The notes under the pieces are model-generated. The model was not told the origin of the DNA, ran no database searches, and saw only the letters and a list, made by a program, of their open reading frames with translations. A DNA stretch of 64,000 nt. It comes from Clostridia bacterium. GTDB lineage: Bacteria > Bacillota > Clostridia > Christensenellales > UBA1242. A program made the position numbers and the translations under genes. Below are positions 55,601-60,700 of this stretch, one piece after another. Each line of letters begins with the position of its first letter. Position 1 is the first letter of the stretch. The DNA lies in contig JAFQTP010000002.1 in the NCBI GenBank assembly GCA_017409005.1, forward strand, positions 377,286 through 441,285. The letters run 5' to 3'.

Positions 55601-57262
55601 AGAATTTCGGTGTCACTATACGGTAAAGACGGCAAGTATGAGGGTGAAACAAAAGATGTGTACTCAATTGGTGGGTTTACCATTGAATATGGTTCATCAA
55701 TTCCTCATTTGGAAAACATGCAAAATCATCCTGAGATCGATAGTTCATTATTGATTAGAGATGGCTATAGAGTTACTAGTTGGCATCGTGTTCCTTACAC
55801 TGTTTGGAATGATTGGATAGATACTGCAAATGATGGATCGTTAACTGATAAATCTAACGCTAAAAAGAGTTTGGAAAATTATATTTCCGATTGGAAAGAT
55901 GCTGAGAAAGTTGAGGAAGGTGCCGATTACGTTGGAACTGGGTACGAAAAAACAAAAGTGTTAAGTTCCGATACATTTACAAACCCAATAACAATTTATG
56001 CGTTCTGGTTGCGCACAATTACTATTTCATTTAATGGTAACTACACAGGTGCACCGACTTATGAGTCTGTTGAAGTTGCAAAAGGAAACACTATTGCGTT
56101 GGCAGAAGTTCCTACCCCAACAAGAACTGGTTATGAGTTTGTAGGTTGGTATAAAAATGCTGCTGGTTCTGGCTCGGCTGTAAACTTTGAAACCGAAACA
56201 TTCGGATCCGATACAACATTATATGCTAAATGGCAAGGTGTTGAGGTTCATGTAAGCTATATTAATAATGTTACTGGTAACACAATTGATTCAACTATTG
56301 TTCGTAATGGTGAACTATTAATTAACGTTCCAAGTGAAGAAGTGTTAAATGGCTTAGTAGCTGGTTATACATTTAAAGAATGGAAAGTTGGTTCAAATGT
56401 AATTAATGTTAATACATATAGGTTAGATGTGGGTTCTAATACAACATTAAGTGTTGTGGCTCACTTCACCAAGAATGCTTACACCGTTAAGTTTATTGAA
56501 AACTTTAAAGGTTCAACAACTGCATTACAAACCAAATCAGTTGAACATGGCGGAAAAGTAACAGCATTTGCTAACCCAACAAGAACAGGTTACGAATTTA
56601 AAGGTTGGTATTATTCTGACGACACAGCATATAGCTTCGACGACGTAATTACGGCAAGCACAAATGTTTATGCTAAGTGGGAAGCTATTGATGTTGAAAT
56701 CTACTTCTACGAAAATGTTTCTACTGGCTCATGGATTGCGTATGGCTCTGAAGTGGTTGGTAAATACGACGATCCAATTAGCCCATTAAGTCCAGTTCCT
56801 GAGTTCCCAGGTTATAGATTTGATGGATACTTCTTGGAAGAAGCGTGCACAACTGAATTAGATTTAGAGTCCGGCTCAGTTACATTTGCAGAAAATGAAC
56901 AAATTATTTACTTAAAATATGTAAAACAAGTAACAATTACATTTATGATTGAGAAAACAAATGCTGCTGGCGATAGTGCTATTTATAGCATAGCAATCGA
57001 CTCTGGAACTAGGGTTTCAGACGAGGTTAACAGTGCAATTGTTAATAGTTCAGATTATTTAGATATCTACGATAGTACTAGTGGTAACTATATTACAACT
57101 AGATATCCTGATTTGTTTACAGCAAACAGTATGTCTGAAACTACTGCGTTAGTTTGGGTTGAATACAATGTTGGTACAGGACAAGCAACAGATACTGTAA
57201 TCGACCTAGAATCTACAATAATTAATTCTGATATTACATTAATGTTGAAATTCTTAACATAA
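34616..57262 (+). CDS. giant surface lipoprotein 2 (~7,548 aa): Ig-like arrays, eight GLUG-type modules, C-terminal Listeria-Bacteroides-type repeats
   Basis: Uninterrupted ORF. The ORF track opens at TTG 34586, but the ATG at 34616 follows RBS AAGGA (34604-34608) and begins a lipoprotein signal peptide, MGYIRKSLLAICLILFSSVMLFYGC. By eye there are roughly 45 G-G-[LIV]-[IVA]-G rungs plus Big_2-like segments. The tail has GY-x-F-x-GWY...LYAKW repeats. There is no LPXTG or HExxH. Confidence 0.9.
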   Translation: MGYIRKSLLAICLILFSSVMLFYGCDKNAYKNMSLSIEGSTDMEVVLNDDPSLNLFTVTALVSKMPKGYDGAVSFSVPVNDFISLKETSNKVEDGRSRAVFEAKQQGGPVAITVKTLEGNLTTQVNVKVVKPVTSISFNSQIIPVIKGEQTDISKYLTFNAGESSTNQTGVKLELISESNSDKLIQVVTDGHFLTVPSELDLSEFQIRARSTVNPEIVSSTLATVKVITVIPTSQITLMHNNNTPDISDDDLAVEKVNSTDYGIVLATNTGNLFTKTLYFNFANNVNENNNYSVGIKGLTESGAILDENNEENRIVEAVKVPNKLNWFNINARGNGKTKIEFIIERSDFPGQFTQTITLNIDVQAFPTEISVSNISTNEKLDYIQLYANYNESTTFGTPFRVVVSNETGAMTNQKVIVNVSSFAENNIQLYDSNKNLVQFGSELISNGQYYLKHNFTEAPQEEIKLNLESVTYSQVFTDVLVLIETQPIELTTSRDTVNIDITKGVVETKLEVLGLPSGFNYLNLSYELLKDDVSDASKLVSISKTASQIAVAPKTTNIGIGECKVKVIAPNGSYQIYTIVLYESLNTAQTSVTIAGVTIDAQDVLDAESATEINVKNGLNIQVYFNINGKEYSSLAGTGLSYKVTSSNNQVVQNKQVSYQLQTQNMAGASHVVIEITGFNDSGQKNKVVYFEAYITVSVPLANLFTNESETVLYDTNSLAVSQQTTYGTYTINLSSSPVNATFTFDDIEWICEYNGTELLADTDISQDKETVIYTFRTINFDTIRLTTTKSNFKQAVVTCEISGSSTQMLTFNIVARVQQEFTNENGYVISAPKTASVRFLVYRAVRVSDFVFENVASRGTASNPVFEITYDERDLDYDGSKYNNTANCIKTINFTVYPANALNKDLGVTVNNSAISVGINNVNKTITVQLLYKPTSTEPITITVYAKDDFDGGQIGKHKIIKIRVLDGRSVESAFEVKNQADLEKVSSSLSAHYVLAGDIALSSNWTPIGYSQLGTQQFNGYFSGKYEVKDENDTVVQTSYYSITGLTINNNSYEYYGLFAYLGSNSQVSDLTINGVSITANITHNKNVYAGALAGYAEGTITNVSVNDQSGVQSYTGVYYNNNEKGSTDFGIYITANTNTSEHANYFVGGLVGFVNNAALYDASTTVASSLALFNNVKTNYSGSSLLNTQIANAKVVAQLNVHVKTNNISFVGGVVGFNNRAVISANNSTALSFGSDSANVITAINASLTPEQTSFNEYSAFGGVAGFNNGIIDGITAKASIFGVYEYSGETYNLRNVGGIVGYNTGSITNNTAFPLIHAYENIGGVVGKTVSAVVSLDGTVGETDYSFVNGKMGVGDGKFTMGHSIEFNSNFKVVITEFKTESLTYDELVEVLTTQYSSKDTAEDYANNAYNRAIPNTYTVTKVSKLNMFSDVADKVVYAYRYGSYAINSSSDYDGLTTNQIALSLGNYGTNTISGNSVQFLELNDGVKLFNTALVGMNNVGGLIGEYVGVYAVNEDVAPFDANSSVSGAVAVSHVNYNPIAYNSVYNYTQKTVVQTNAVVANSFYGNILLSNAYVSEVKPENRNYAGGLVGKLTNGAIYANQVFASLQGNLAALGGLVGKTDGITSISNSSFVGTIINRDTDATAEVAAITGGLVGDALSATTTFAYYGKANDDETLLDTNILGSLTTLKYSYGTESVGYVNLGTTYNNIAYSYFRAQTPSGYVASVAEETTNYINQKSVGYVGAGRRELNLTYAYADGSIKTFTVNETDLNYNPTLTDVLKVNTTTVKTSASETEVFENSFNFDGATIDETKVNTFIAKTQAYVVTELAIDDNGDGLSDEHTSNGTGDIYKLTSAEFIDAYLKNTVWYVNYQLNDGLPVLLTPNKLVVTESGYSINLLSNFPPTDIILELKQNMVDTFITSLGANSASVIYFYGLADSNYQNSSSLNFGTTDEDKIKNSTTELNAQLAKLNTYSIAEVLNLTTIPSFVNANSFKLTSSNPSVLSVGLDEQNNIKFVAKGAGTVVITISSVYNTSLTKSIFVNVANATNSLKLGYFASGEQKYVQNNQILTITKSTDDMQITLPLSSNFASSYDFNGIIHPEIKKTFALKQNINSGVRYYLTALSTIESVTYSSIYHFTNDIESLIDSIPVTINNSKFEYEYVNSIEDEGVTTNYYTVYIDVPYGNTANVVGLVETVENLNFVAVPYVVTNITSSTKTKQLLASIGEYNDVENAIELSYVHNNEEKVEKVLGLTIPTQSSIVLNKTRYGVETYSYADYKQEYLKHIDNLVTKFSLKVAKATWNITKSLDEISFDVKTIPTFSIEIETDKDTEELYVVYYENLGSESKERVVPISTIIDGDSSFGGKVQISNITMLVNNHNISEVNGKNVITYNFSLLVSDELKTEIQDVFTTSLRFFVAKQGANITYDGEYVNNAISSITTANLLVELPVTLLPQSITEITLKHYPNSESTVTTDDNGNKITNVNLNEIAYDNLIPGNAGILKAYISPYYSSFDELRIISSGSGANSVLFEQMLAHTTKTAAGILYTGNYTTLITQGNQVDGGITLQKISYIQNAGEESELQGYDGNIYIRTLVNSYITEADNFTLTLTAYKNGVVVKTASITLEVQTPPSLNLSINGDKFAPIARGTEIGFDAKLNDLAGMVDFSQSYMFRYNSNGMEVRVGSINSDFTIKTSGGNYSVSVNNNIASDRYIKIIGVVTKQINGEIIEHTDSITLHVTDFVIEEITVENATAGNYVGLFNQPYALIVRINKATYNPENAETVAEQIQALELEFSKCYEENSVLTTWKSVNTSTTTVVENRYGSLQKGYNTAKTFIIGTRISADLNNTAVYTLQNTRFGSGDKLAAVVQYVYTDNGIKALMTSEDRANYETNAYCYEKTYEFGFGFYRIRDEERPDPIETAEQFKNMEDGVDYILVNDIVLEDWEPFRDDLAINSLDGNGYVITIKNFKLDAFESVESLINTKNIGIFGKINAGTTIKNLIIEVPAAQKANSIELATYAGTAVDLYVDAKAYKTVNFGILAGTNSGLVTNVQIVNDAGALREERELAIAYSDPSNPLYANYFDGVTFDKNAFIIANWNKFHANEVYKTVSATDKTPLLDGNDELIIESLAGSENRQLSVVRIDTTATTDVQAHYMAGLVGQNLDGGTDALGTITNSSIENITINGVGNVAGFVAVNNGKISTSYFKGGNVINHTTEQVAELATSGFVITNSGTNAAIQYSYVQGRIGEKVKFANPKTGLAYTNASNIDKTGLNDEAKSAFAGYTYYQSSTEPGFQASVATLRALNAMIDTRTNASAFIYENAAIISNSYANIMVNSTMQTSGFVFSNTEEGTISSCYTLSSIRTKNQSASPFTGRTSNYEGYNNANPEGFNDCHYLKLGCDENATALEISLKEDFIDSKEPATALGSSQFAEYNTFQGYAFNTDFEKSSADKLTRSVWFIPNDQSKTLYKEYFKNSYYINARPELVAANMRTVSIRVWIGSDESEENSYNYVSNELVLGASIKNPILIKSAEDFNRYLNYETTNEDVDRNFAVRFISDIAFNKTDLTAQTYNMEYYGDLDGNGMTINQLRLVSDTDFENPNTGETITHLGLFGKIKTKDPDAEVKERGVVRNLNINVSEVRGSKVTYVGALAGSIENADVFNINISGDEVIQGKNLVGGLAGIIKGDSEIVNITSSLSAKAAYFKDTNKFLGVYPNATLLPKEFGTFNLYYSELQGDEVSNVENVSYAGGIAGVFDVKEREEDEQLSPLSLFNAKARKLIVSGNITLIGEIVGGVFGLNGIESTASDLSFIVGEANNPELKGSRVVGGLIGENRGEIERSYVAHDTTLQEKIDAEYGNAVTSGTNPTVNNSTLNYNGLYAGNAHYTGGVVGFNNGGRITNVYSKMNVINMNTMYAGGIVGLSIGGQYNFIYTTGTVSGFKSAGGFAGLQTSNPYNAVEDTSGAETQLVYSLHNRYTSIYIEPNKHNGAIVAKGASKYVGIVAANIWRSQDLVTSRVEQNAEDLSIGTLIGMAADRTMTEALDGGTYPNINNIVEVSDLSARMMNETVFFTQPFIVSNQHDSAYSGFDMLMPEVGSFNTKYLFNTRTRGLSKDYRFSNSVNPETGKNSTSAADADKVSSTYDANTDPLVTNMTRPMGLSGYLAQPKMDKDGYYLVDGVKNTSLASPDKTVDRTYYHYSRLQNIGSARTLKEIITSLDIISSEAYVCGDLTDNAGSTVLDEVNTTSYHAYDETYDTIETSGIFETWNTNRWTGVRKESAADLATVFPFLEAKPEKTLIQVYNVTHLKLMSTYVNAEFQLMNDIDLLETVEGDDTTGGNWEPVGTKAIPFKGILHSNPAVSDIYTIYNLSVTNAPENYAGLVAYANEAEFKNFNLSKVILDVEGSNDVPLFMGALVGYAVSGTIINNVDITTAKGSGAVLTTETAGTMGGLVGYSEIGTVTNCNIESVTINANGFGDLSKLETERDKTLAFGGAIGYITSAVVDLPMVSNVSIESGDVFIRAQDGTSLNMLADSYFGGDASRSFDVGGVIGRSNNSDSDYGRVTGISSALTITTKLARNANTAITDVNVGGLIGKAQNTMLTEEGWMGEDGLSSYKQRNFVNGTTGKTPSNGIVVELDDYKDNLYVGGAVGSIYGATKITLGVEYQTDDLSQVVVGKSRALPINLTINGGDPTTYVGGVAGLAQNVASNNLYANSTIAITDKTTAECVLSAGGLIGEINNGQYVKNAQSLGSVSYTSEVKGTNGVNLGGAFGNVIMADLEGTPGVIEKVIANSSVIGNTTSDGSNYRTMALGGFAGKMFSGQISQSVSSGLVKLLNANKNNQNYVGGFVGKLDINSEVQGNSSFPHTISITNSYATNDVQATSMFESSNASYAGLFVGNIAYGYKKNVKNQITLLNNYTIGKFVYSADGTFYDSFYNEKTNKGGFLGGFEYYVSGVNSTNIQRAKNLVFRNNFYNSDFVPYTNGYMEGVVTQQMLLDANTDFKNKFEASGVWTTAAGAYPMLTWINDSADAIDATNMVDSVKLANTVAGYNVTSYQTSGSKVKPATSYSNSSQAFILEANPTAGTSMSNKTVYFTKSTNGLKLGVVDERSLIYGIHSTTASDYIIATNNGFVVGSSILAKLATTNNGVIYRVTFNAQTGFNTSAFAVTTNNGVIDTMVAEDTFSSAVAGSKLISVNNGVVYRSLIKNKKLSFAGASDPGKIKSSYYLSDGSSSAQTNANYYDQMGSLYSYKINDTADTSYKFDLANFETNILDISGMDFANDFIIIKGNTAKLNYGAPIFRYELHSEDTTNGGFDFDGEIISSNYWIHSTGRNWNYIKNNYVDTIIKIDTPEELAEVAQAVTLGNQTGLVTEEVEISVTDDAALISDESTSEDGADCITITTTEYNFGVAVTKVREFLDFEGQTIQLEDDIDLSGRLWTPIGFGFDNYEVGVGSSYATTLNDSSHNMFKGSFDGCGYVITGVTSVESNKNVGLFGTVYANSVAKYTLANIVVRDSNFISVSSNGGFSVAGAIAGRVVLDVTDVAGYASSNPLKVLTKVGTEHANVFATNRASGLIGDLLNVTGSIGSTNANIYLASSFEYAYVNSNVATSYNSGVSSAFIHFGNNSKYDQHNSIVNSDMSYIKQMYISGKLGDYRLDDSNKYAFVSQETDLTSFTTNSASIDSVYGLFTNITPVVTVNNLYAIALFDDTFMNSQAMNITSDFLQTEALGNFDWGNVWTRQDGVNNNYPTLISKVKYWAEIVTASDAPSLSETTYTISTNKQLAWLAHQVNVEDKNFSGYTFKLNADIDLNNYIWSPIGYGDQTVADSVYRQFRGTFDFNGKTIKNLVTAGVYIKTSDLPEELKGNYTTEELSSLVVCVDENKAGLFGYTYGATLTSSAGSGKIGTESLDYSFIVSKGNAGALVAYAQDTNISNITNYASVSATYNSYVNGVAGLIGKTAASTNVTYTNLVNHAQVRYNSLTTDKSANAAGVAGYIVTTLSGSVAINNSRNTGEIYAANGAYVGGIVGGASTGLTINGLGNYSANTTGTSTIKDNTSNNPDNSGEIVGYRFVGGIVGGYSISGATTRNVIENVTNTGTIIAVSSGAGGILGRGNAYVYEAVNAADVKGTQNVGGIIGESINSPKIANLLNKGSVYSYNSTLEDYEHQETGSSYVGLLIGKIDNNAQNNIYSVIDVSTEQNTVYLFGNSTTTYPSHAIMSAHGIKSSNNLNENSIYNYGGAYVKVQEVFTDSLVWDNVVEYANGSVDKNQITLNYKQTPAGTAPTKSGTTYEVESLENLKYMGGLNRKRYGISSVSGDMSIINSFDIVNLQPLGGGVYPWKCDVVGGNKTLTIKSINTAYDNCSLFGDVLGNVRADKSVSDYVEIKNLKIKYNASTSISFETGMLADIASGLKAVGIEISGSGLTTSANFGSIASNGTSLKLENCSNSLNISSSGSRTSGLIPVVGADESNSEIKTSSNTGNITYTGSSHTAVVGGLVAESKNTTFIGCANGASKFARVKYEGNIQESLIERVSTIKGPIVGGIVGSSTNDSIGVSGDAYGEFNYGNVKSETSAANNSNASAGGIVGCAINSKVYDATNSGLIEAENYAGGIAGKMKKETIDNAENTILGEVISSSIAGGIIGLSESVKISNAKHCGFVASRTFNTLACIGGIAGKITGASSSVKIAGTVEGYVGVYQKTAPLTYTDATSAATYTFNANYYYTDYNVDDPETGSDKKYKNLDEQNGAVKFEWDAVIWTELGAAQDADSKGVASDAYRNAVYNIGYIAGSSNTEDKSIVNVSVTKPEDKLVLHDYYVSAEYKDDGEIMWWYNNWIRLTGKDRYGEPQEFGKCQLNPDANNERVSTAATDGEKGYVTDLWGHTSGCSHEINNGAPTNSVAANTPTPVYYFEFQDVTSSGTSFGTHYTGAKTKYYAGQQIALPTASEEGYELTHWSKSTNASDTLAKVENGTTVNSTNFTFEDKDGKQTETLYAHWSKQRISVSLYGKDGKYEGETKDVYSIGGFTIEYGSSIPHLENMQNHPEIDSSLLIRDGYRVTSWHRVPYTVWNDWIDTANDGSLTDKSNAKKSLENYISDWKDAEKVEEGADYVGTGYEKTKVLSSDTFTNPITIYAFWLRTITISFNGNYTGAPTYESVEVAKGNTIALAEVPTPTRTGYEFVGWYKNAAGSGSAVNFETETFGSDTTLYAKWQGVEVHVSYINNVTGNTIDSTIVRNGELLINVPSEEVLNGLVAGYTFKEWKVGSNVINVNTYRLDVGSNTTLSVVAHFTKNAYTVKFIENFKGSTTALQTKSVEHGGKVTAFANPTRTGYEFKGWYYSDDTAYSFDDVITASTNVYAKWEAIDVEIYFYENVSTGSWIAYGSEVVGKYDDPISPLSPVPEFPGYRFDGYFLEEACTTELDLESGSVTFAENEQIIYLKYVKQVTITFMIEKTNAAGDSAIYSIAIDSGTRVSDEVNSAIVNSSDYLDIYDSTSGNYITTRYPDLFTANSMSETTALVWVEYNVGTGQATDTVIDLESTIINSDITLMLKFLT
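40610..40762 (+). other. clear Big_2-type Ig-like domain in giant protein 2 (example)
   Basis: FKLTSSNPSVLSVGLDEQNNIKFVAKGAGTVVITISSVYNTSLTKSIFVNV. It sits just after GLUG module 1, the same relative position as the Big_2 example in giant protein 1. Confidence 0.6.
55328..57259 (+). repeat. array of ~6-7 Listeria-Bacteroides (Flg_new/InlB-B-type) protein repeats at the C-terminus of giant protein 2
   Basis: The units are about 70-80 aa. The clearest are 56009-56236 (ITISFNGNYTGAP...PTPTRTGYEFVGWYKNAAGSG...TLYAKWQ) and 56471-56683 (YTVKFIENFKGST...NPTRTGYEFKGWYYSDDTAYSF...NVYAKWE). Flanking copies are more diverged (EGYELTHWSK...LYAHWS; DGYRVTSWHR...IYAFW; AGYTFKEWKV; PGYRFDGYFL...IYLKYV). 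They are diverged at the DNA level, so this is not a nucleotide tandem repeat. Confidence 0.7.
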
Positions 57263-57280
57263 TTGTAAAGGTTATAAAAA

Positions 57281-57318
57281 ATGACTTAAAAGATTTATTC
57301 TTTTAGGTCATTTTTTTG
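57281..57318 (+). terminator. rho-independent terminator after giant gene 2
   Basis: ATGACTTAAAAG (57281-57292) pairs with CTTTTAGGTCAT (57300-57311), 12 bp with one G-U pair, across a 7-nt loop. T7 follows. Confidence 0.8.
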
Positions 57319-57455
57319 TTTTTTGCCTTTATTACATATGGTAATAAACTATATATATTATTAATATAATCATAATTTAATGTAAAAAATGGTAAAAGAG
57401 GCTGTGTTATAAAAAAATTTTTACAAAAAATGTTATAAATTTATAATAAACATGG

Positions 57456-57484
57456 TTGACAGGTTTATATATCCGTGTTAAAAT
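57456..57484 (+). promoter_or_regulatory. sigma-A promoter of rpoBC with extended -10
   Basis: Perfect TTGACA (57456-57461), a 17-nt spacer, then TGtTAAAAT (TG at 57476-57477; -10 at 57479-57484). The predicted 5' leader to the rpoB ATG is about 300 nt. Confidence 0.65.
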
Positions 57485-57595
57485 TATGACTGCATAGTAG
57501 TGTTTGAATAATGCGCAAAATTCAAACTCTAGGGGTTAATTTAATGGTTTTACTTAAAAAAAGTAAAGACTAACTTAATATCTTTTTTGCACTCT

Positions 57596-57651
57596 TATGC
57601 TAGAAATAAAGGCACATTTTTTTGCTTTATACTGCTGGCATAGTTTTTTTT
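57596..57651 (+). promoter_or_regulatory. terminator-like hairpin plus T8 inside the rpoB leader (candidate attenuator)
   Basis: The outer stem is TATGCTAG (57596-57603) with CTGGCATA (57635-57642), including one G-U pair. The inner stem is ATAAAG (57606-57611) with CTTTAT (57625-57630). G plus T8 follows (57643-57651). The stem is AT-rich and so weak. Confidence 0.35.
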
Positions 57652-57793
57652 AACGTCTTTTTCCATTTTTAAGTTCATTAAATCCCAAAATTCTTACATA
57701 GCTATCACTAAAAAACTTATGTTACTAACCCCAACATTGTTTAAAGTTGATAGTGTCGTAAAATGGTACTTGCAAAAATTTTAAGGAGTAATT

Positions 57794-60700
57794 ATGCTTA
57801 ACACAGACAACATTAAAAAGTTTAAGTATGGTAACACCACTCGTTACACATTTGGTAACGCAAGGGAAATTATCGATTTACCATATTTACTTGAAATCCA
57901 AAAAGATTCCTATAATCGCTTCATTTCACAAGGAATTGGCGAAGCTTTAGAGGAATTTTCTCCTATTACCGATTATAGCGGTAAGGCTGAAGTTTATTTG
58001 CTAGATTACACATTAGAGTCAGAACCAAAAATTACTATTCCTGAAGCAAAACGTAAAAGCAGCAACTATTCGGTTGCCCTAAAAGTTAAAGTTAGGTTAG
58101 TAATTAAAGAAACTGGCGAAGTTATTGAGCAAGAAGTATTTTTAGGCGACGTTCCTTACATGACCGACGAAGGCACATTTATCTTCAACGGAATTGAAAG
58201 GGTTGTTGTTAGCCAATTAGTACGTAGCCCAAGCGTTTACTACGCAAAAACTATTGATAAAACAGGTAAGGAGCTTTATAACTGCACATTAATTCCAACT
58301 CGTGGTAGCTGGCTTGAAATGGAGCAAAAAGAAAAAGATCCTAACTTTATCCGCGTTTGCCTAGATAAAGGCGGAAAAATTGGTTTAGGCGTATTCTTAA
58401 AATGTTTCGGATTTACTCGCGAACAAATTTTAGATATTTTCGGAAATAACGAAATTATGCGTTCAACATTAGATAAAGATGCTGTTGAAACTCAACACGA
58501 CGCATTAATTGAGTTAAGTAAGAAAACTCGCCCAAGCGAAATTCCTAGTGCAGAAGCAACAAAACAATTTATTTTTAGTCAGTTCTTTAGCACACAATAC
58601 TATAACCTAGGCAAAGTTGGCAGATTTAAAATTGATAAAAAATTAAATCTTGCAACACGTGCAATTGGTTTAGTTGCTGCCGAAGATATTAAAGCTAAAA
58701 AAGAAGTTTTAGTTAAAGCTGGCGAAACCATTACTAAAGAAGTTGCTGCAACATTTAACAAAAATGGCATTAATGAAATTGTTGTTTTAGCCGATGGTAA
58801 ACCACACAAAATGGTTGGTAACAACCGCGTTAGAGTTTCTGAAATTGTTAAATGCAACGAAGCAGAACTTGGCATTTCTGAAATGGTTCACTATCCAACT
58901 TTAATGGAACTTATTAAAGACCTTAAAACTAAAGAAGAAAAAATTGAAGCAATTAAAGAAAATGCTAAAGAATTAGTTGGAACAACATTATTTATGGACG
59001 ATATGCTTGCAAGCGTAAGTTATTTCCTAGACCTTAACGCTGGCATTGGTTACATTGATGTTGTAGACCACCTATGCAATCGTCGTGTTAAAGGCGCTGG
59101 CGAACTTTTACAAGATAGTTTCAGAAGCGGTATGAACAAACTTGTTAACGCTGTTAAAGAAACTTTACAAAGCCACGATTTAACCGACATTACTCCAAGT
59201 CAAGTTGTAAATGCTCGTCCAATTAACCGTGCATTTAAAGACTTTTTGGCAAGCCACCAATTAAGCCAACTTATGGACCAAATGAACCCACTTAGTTCTT
59301 TGGCTCAAAAACGTAGATTATCAGCCGTAGGTCCTGGTGGTATTAAAAAAGACCGTGCAACCGACGAAGTTCGTGATATTCACCATAGCCACTATGGTCG
59401 TATTTGTGTTATTGAAACACCAGAAGGTGGAAACATTGGTCTTATTAACTCTCTTGCAACTTATGCTAGAGTTAACGAATATGGCTTTATTGAAACTCCA
59501 TATCGTGTTGTAGATAAACAAAAAGGTGTTGTTACAAACGATGTTGTTTACTTAATGGCCGACGAAGACGAAAATTGCTACATTGCTCAAGCAATTGAAC
59601 CATTAAATGAAGATGGTAGCTTTGTTAACGATAACGTAGTTTGCCGTTATTTAGACACAATTTTAGAAGTTTCTAAAGACCAAGTAGATTACATGGACGT
59701 AAGTCCTAAACAATTAGTGTCTGTTCCAACAGCATGCATTCCATTCCTAGGCAACGACGATACTGCTCGTGCACTTATGGGTTCAAACATGCAACGTCAA
59801 GCAGTTCCACTAATCACAACCGAAACAGCTATGATTGGCACAGGACTAGAGCATAAAGTTGCTTTAGATAATGGTGCAATTATTGTTGCTAAAAATGCAG
59901 GAACAGTTATTAGTTCCGATGCTACTCATATTGAAATTATGGCAGACAACGGCTTAATTGATAAATATGATTTAATTAAATTTACAAAAACCAACCAAGA
60001 AAGCTGCGTAAACCAAAAACCTATTGTTAAAACAGGTCAAAAGGTTAAAAAAGGCGAAACCATTGCCGATGGTTATAGTGCTAAAAACGGCGAACTTGCA
60101 CTTGGTAAAAATATGTTAATTGCCTTCATGAACTGGGAAGGTTATAACTACGAGGACGCTATTTTACTTTCAGAACGTTTAGTTAAAGAAGATGTTTACA
60201 CATCAATTAACTTAAAAGAATGTGAAGTTAAAGCTCGTAGCACTAAACTTGGCGACGAAGAAATTACTCGCGATATTCCAAATCTTGGCGAAGAAGCCTT
60301 AAAAGACCTAGACGAAAATGGTATTATTCGTGTAGGTGCCGAAGTTAAACCTGGCGACATTTTAGTTGGTAAAGTAACACCTAAGGGAGAAACCGAACCA
60401 ACTCCAGAAGAACGTTTACTTCGTGCTATTTTCGGTGAAAAAGCAAGAGATGTTAAAGATACATCACTTCGTGTTTCACACGGAATTAGCGGTGTTGTTG
60501 TAGATGTTCAAGTGTTTAGCCGTAAAAACAAAGACGACCTTGAAACTGGCGTTAACATGATGGTTAGAGTAACCATTGCACAAAAACGTAAAATTAGCGT
60601 TGGTGATAAAATGGCTGGTCGTCACGGAAACAAAGGTATTGTTTCACGTATTTTACCAGTTGAAGATATGCCATTTATGGCAAATGGACAACCAATTGAT

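Noticed and set aside
16377-57262. Giant-gene block as a mobile or horizontally acquired island, a prophage tail-fibre region, or a toxin locus (RHS, polymorphic toxin, MARTX-like).
   Set aside because: I saw no integrase, transposase, flanking tRNA or direct repeats. By eye, base composition and codon style match the flanking housekeeping genes. There are no YD/RHS repeats, no C-terminal toxin/immunity pair and no small downstream immunity-like ORF. There are also no HExxH or other catalytic motifs, and no phage structural genes.
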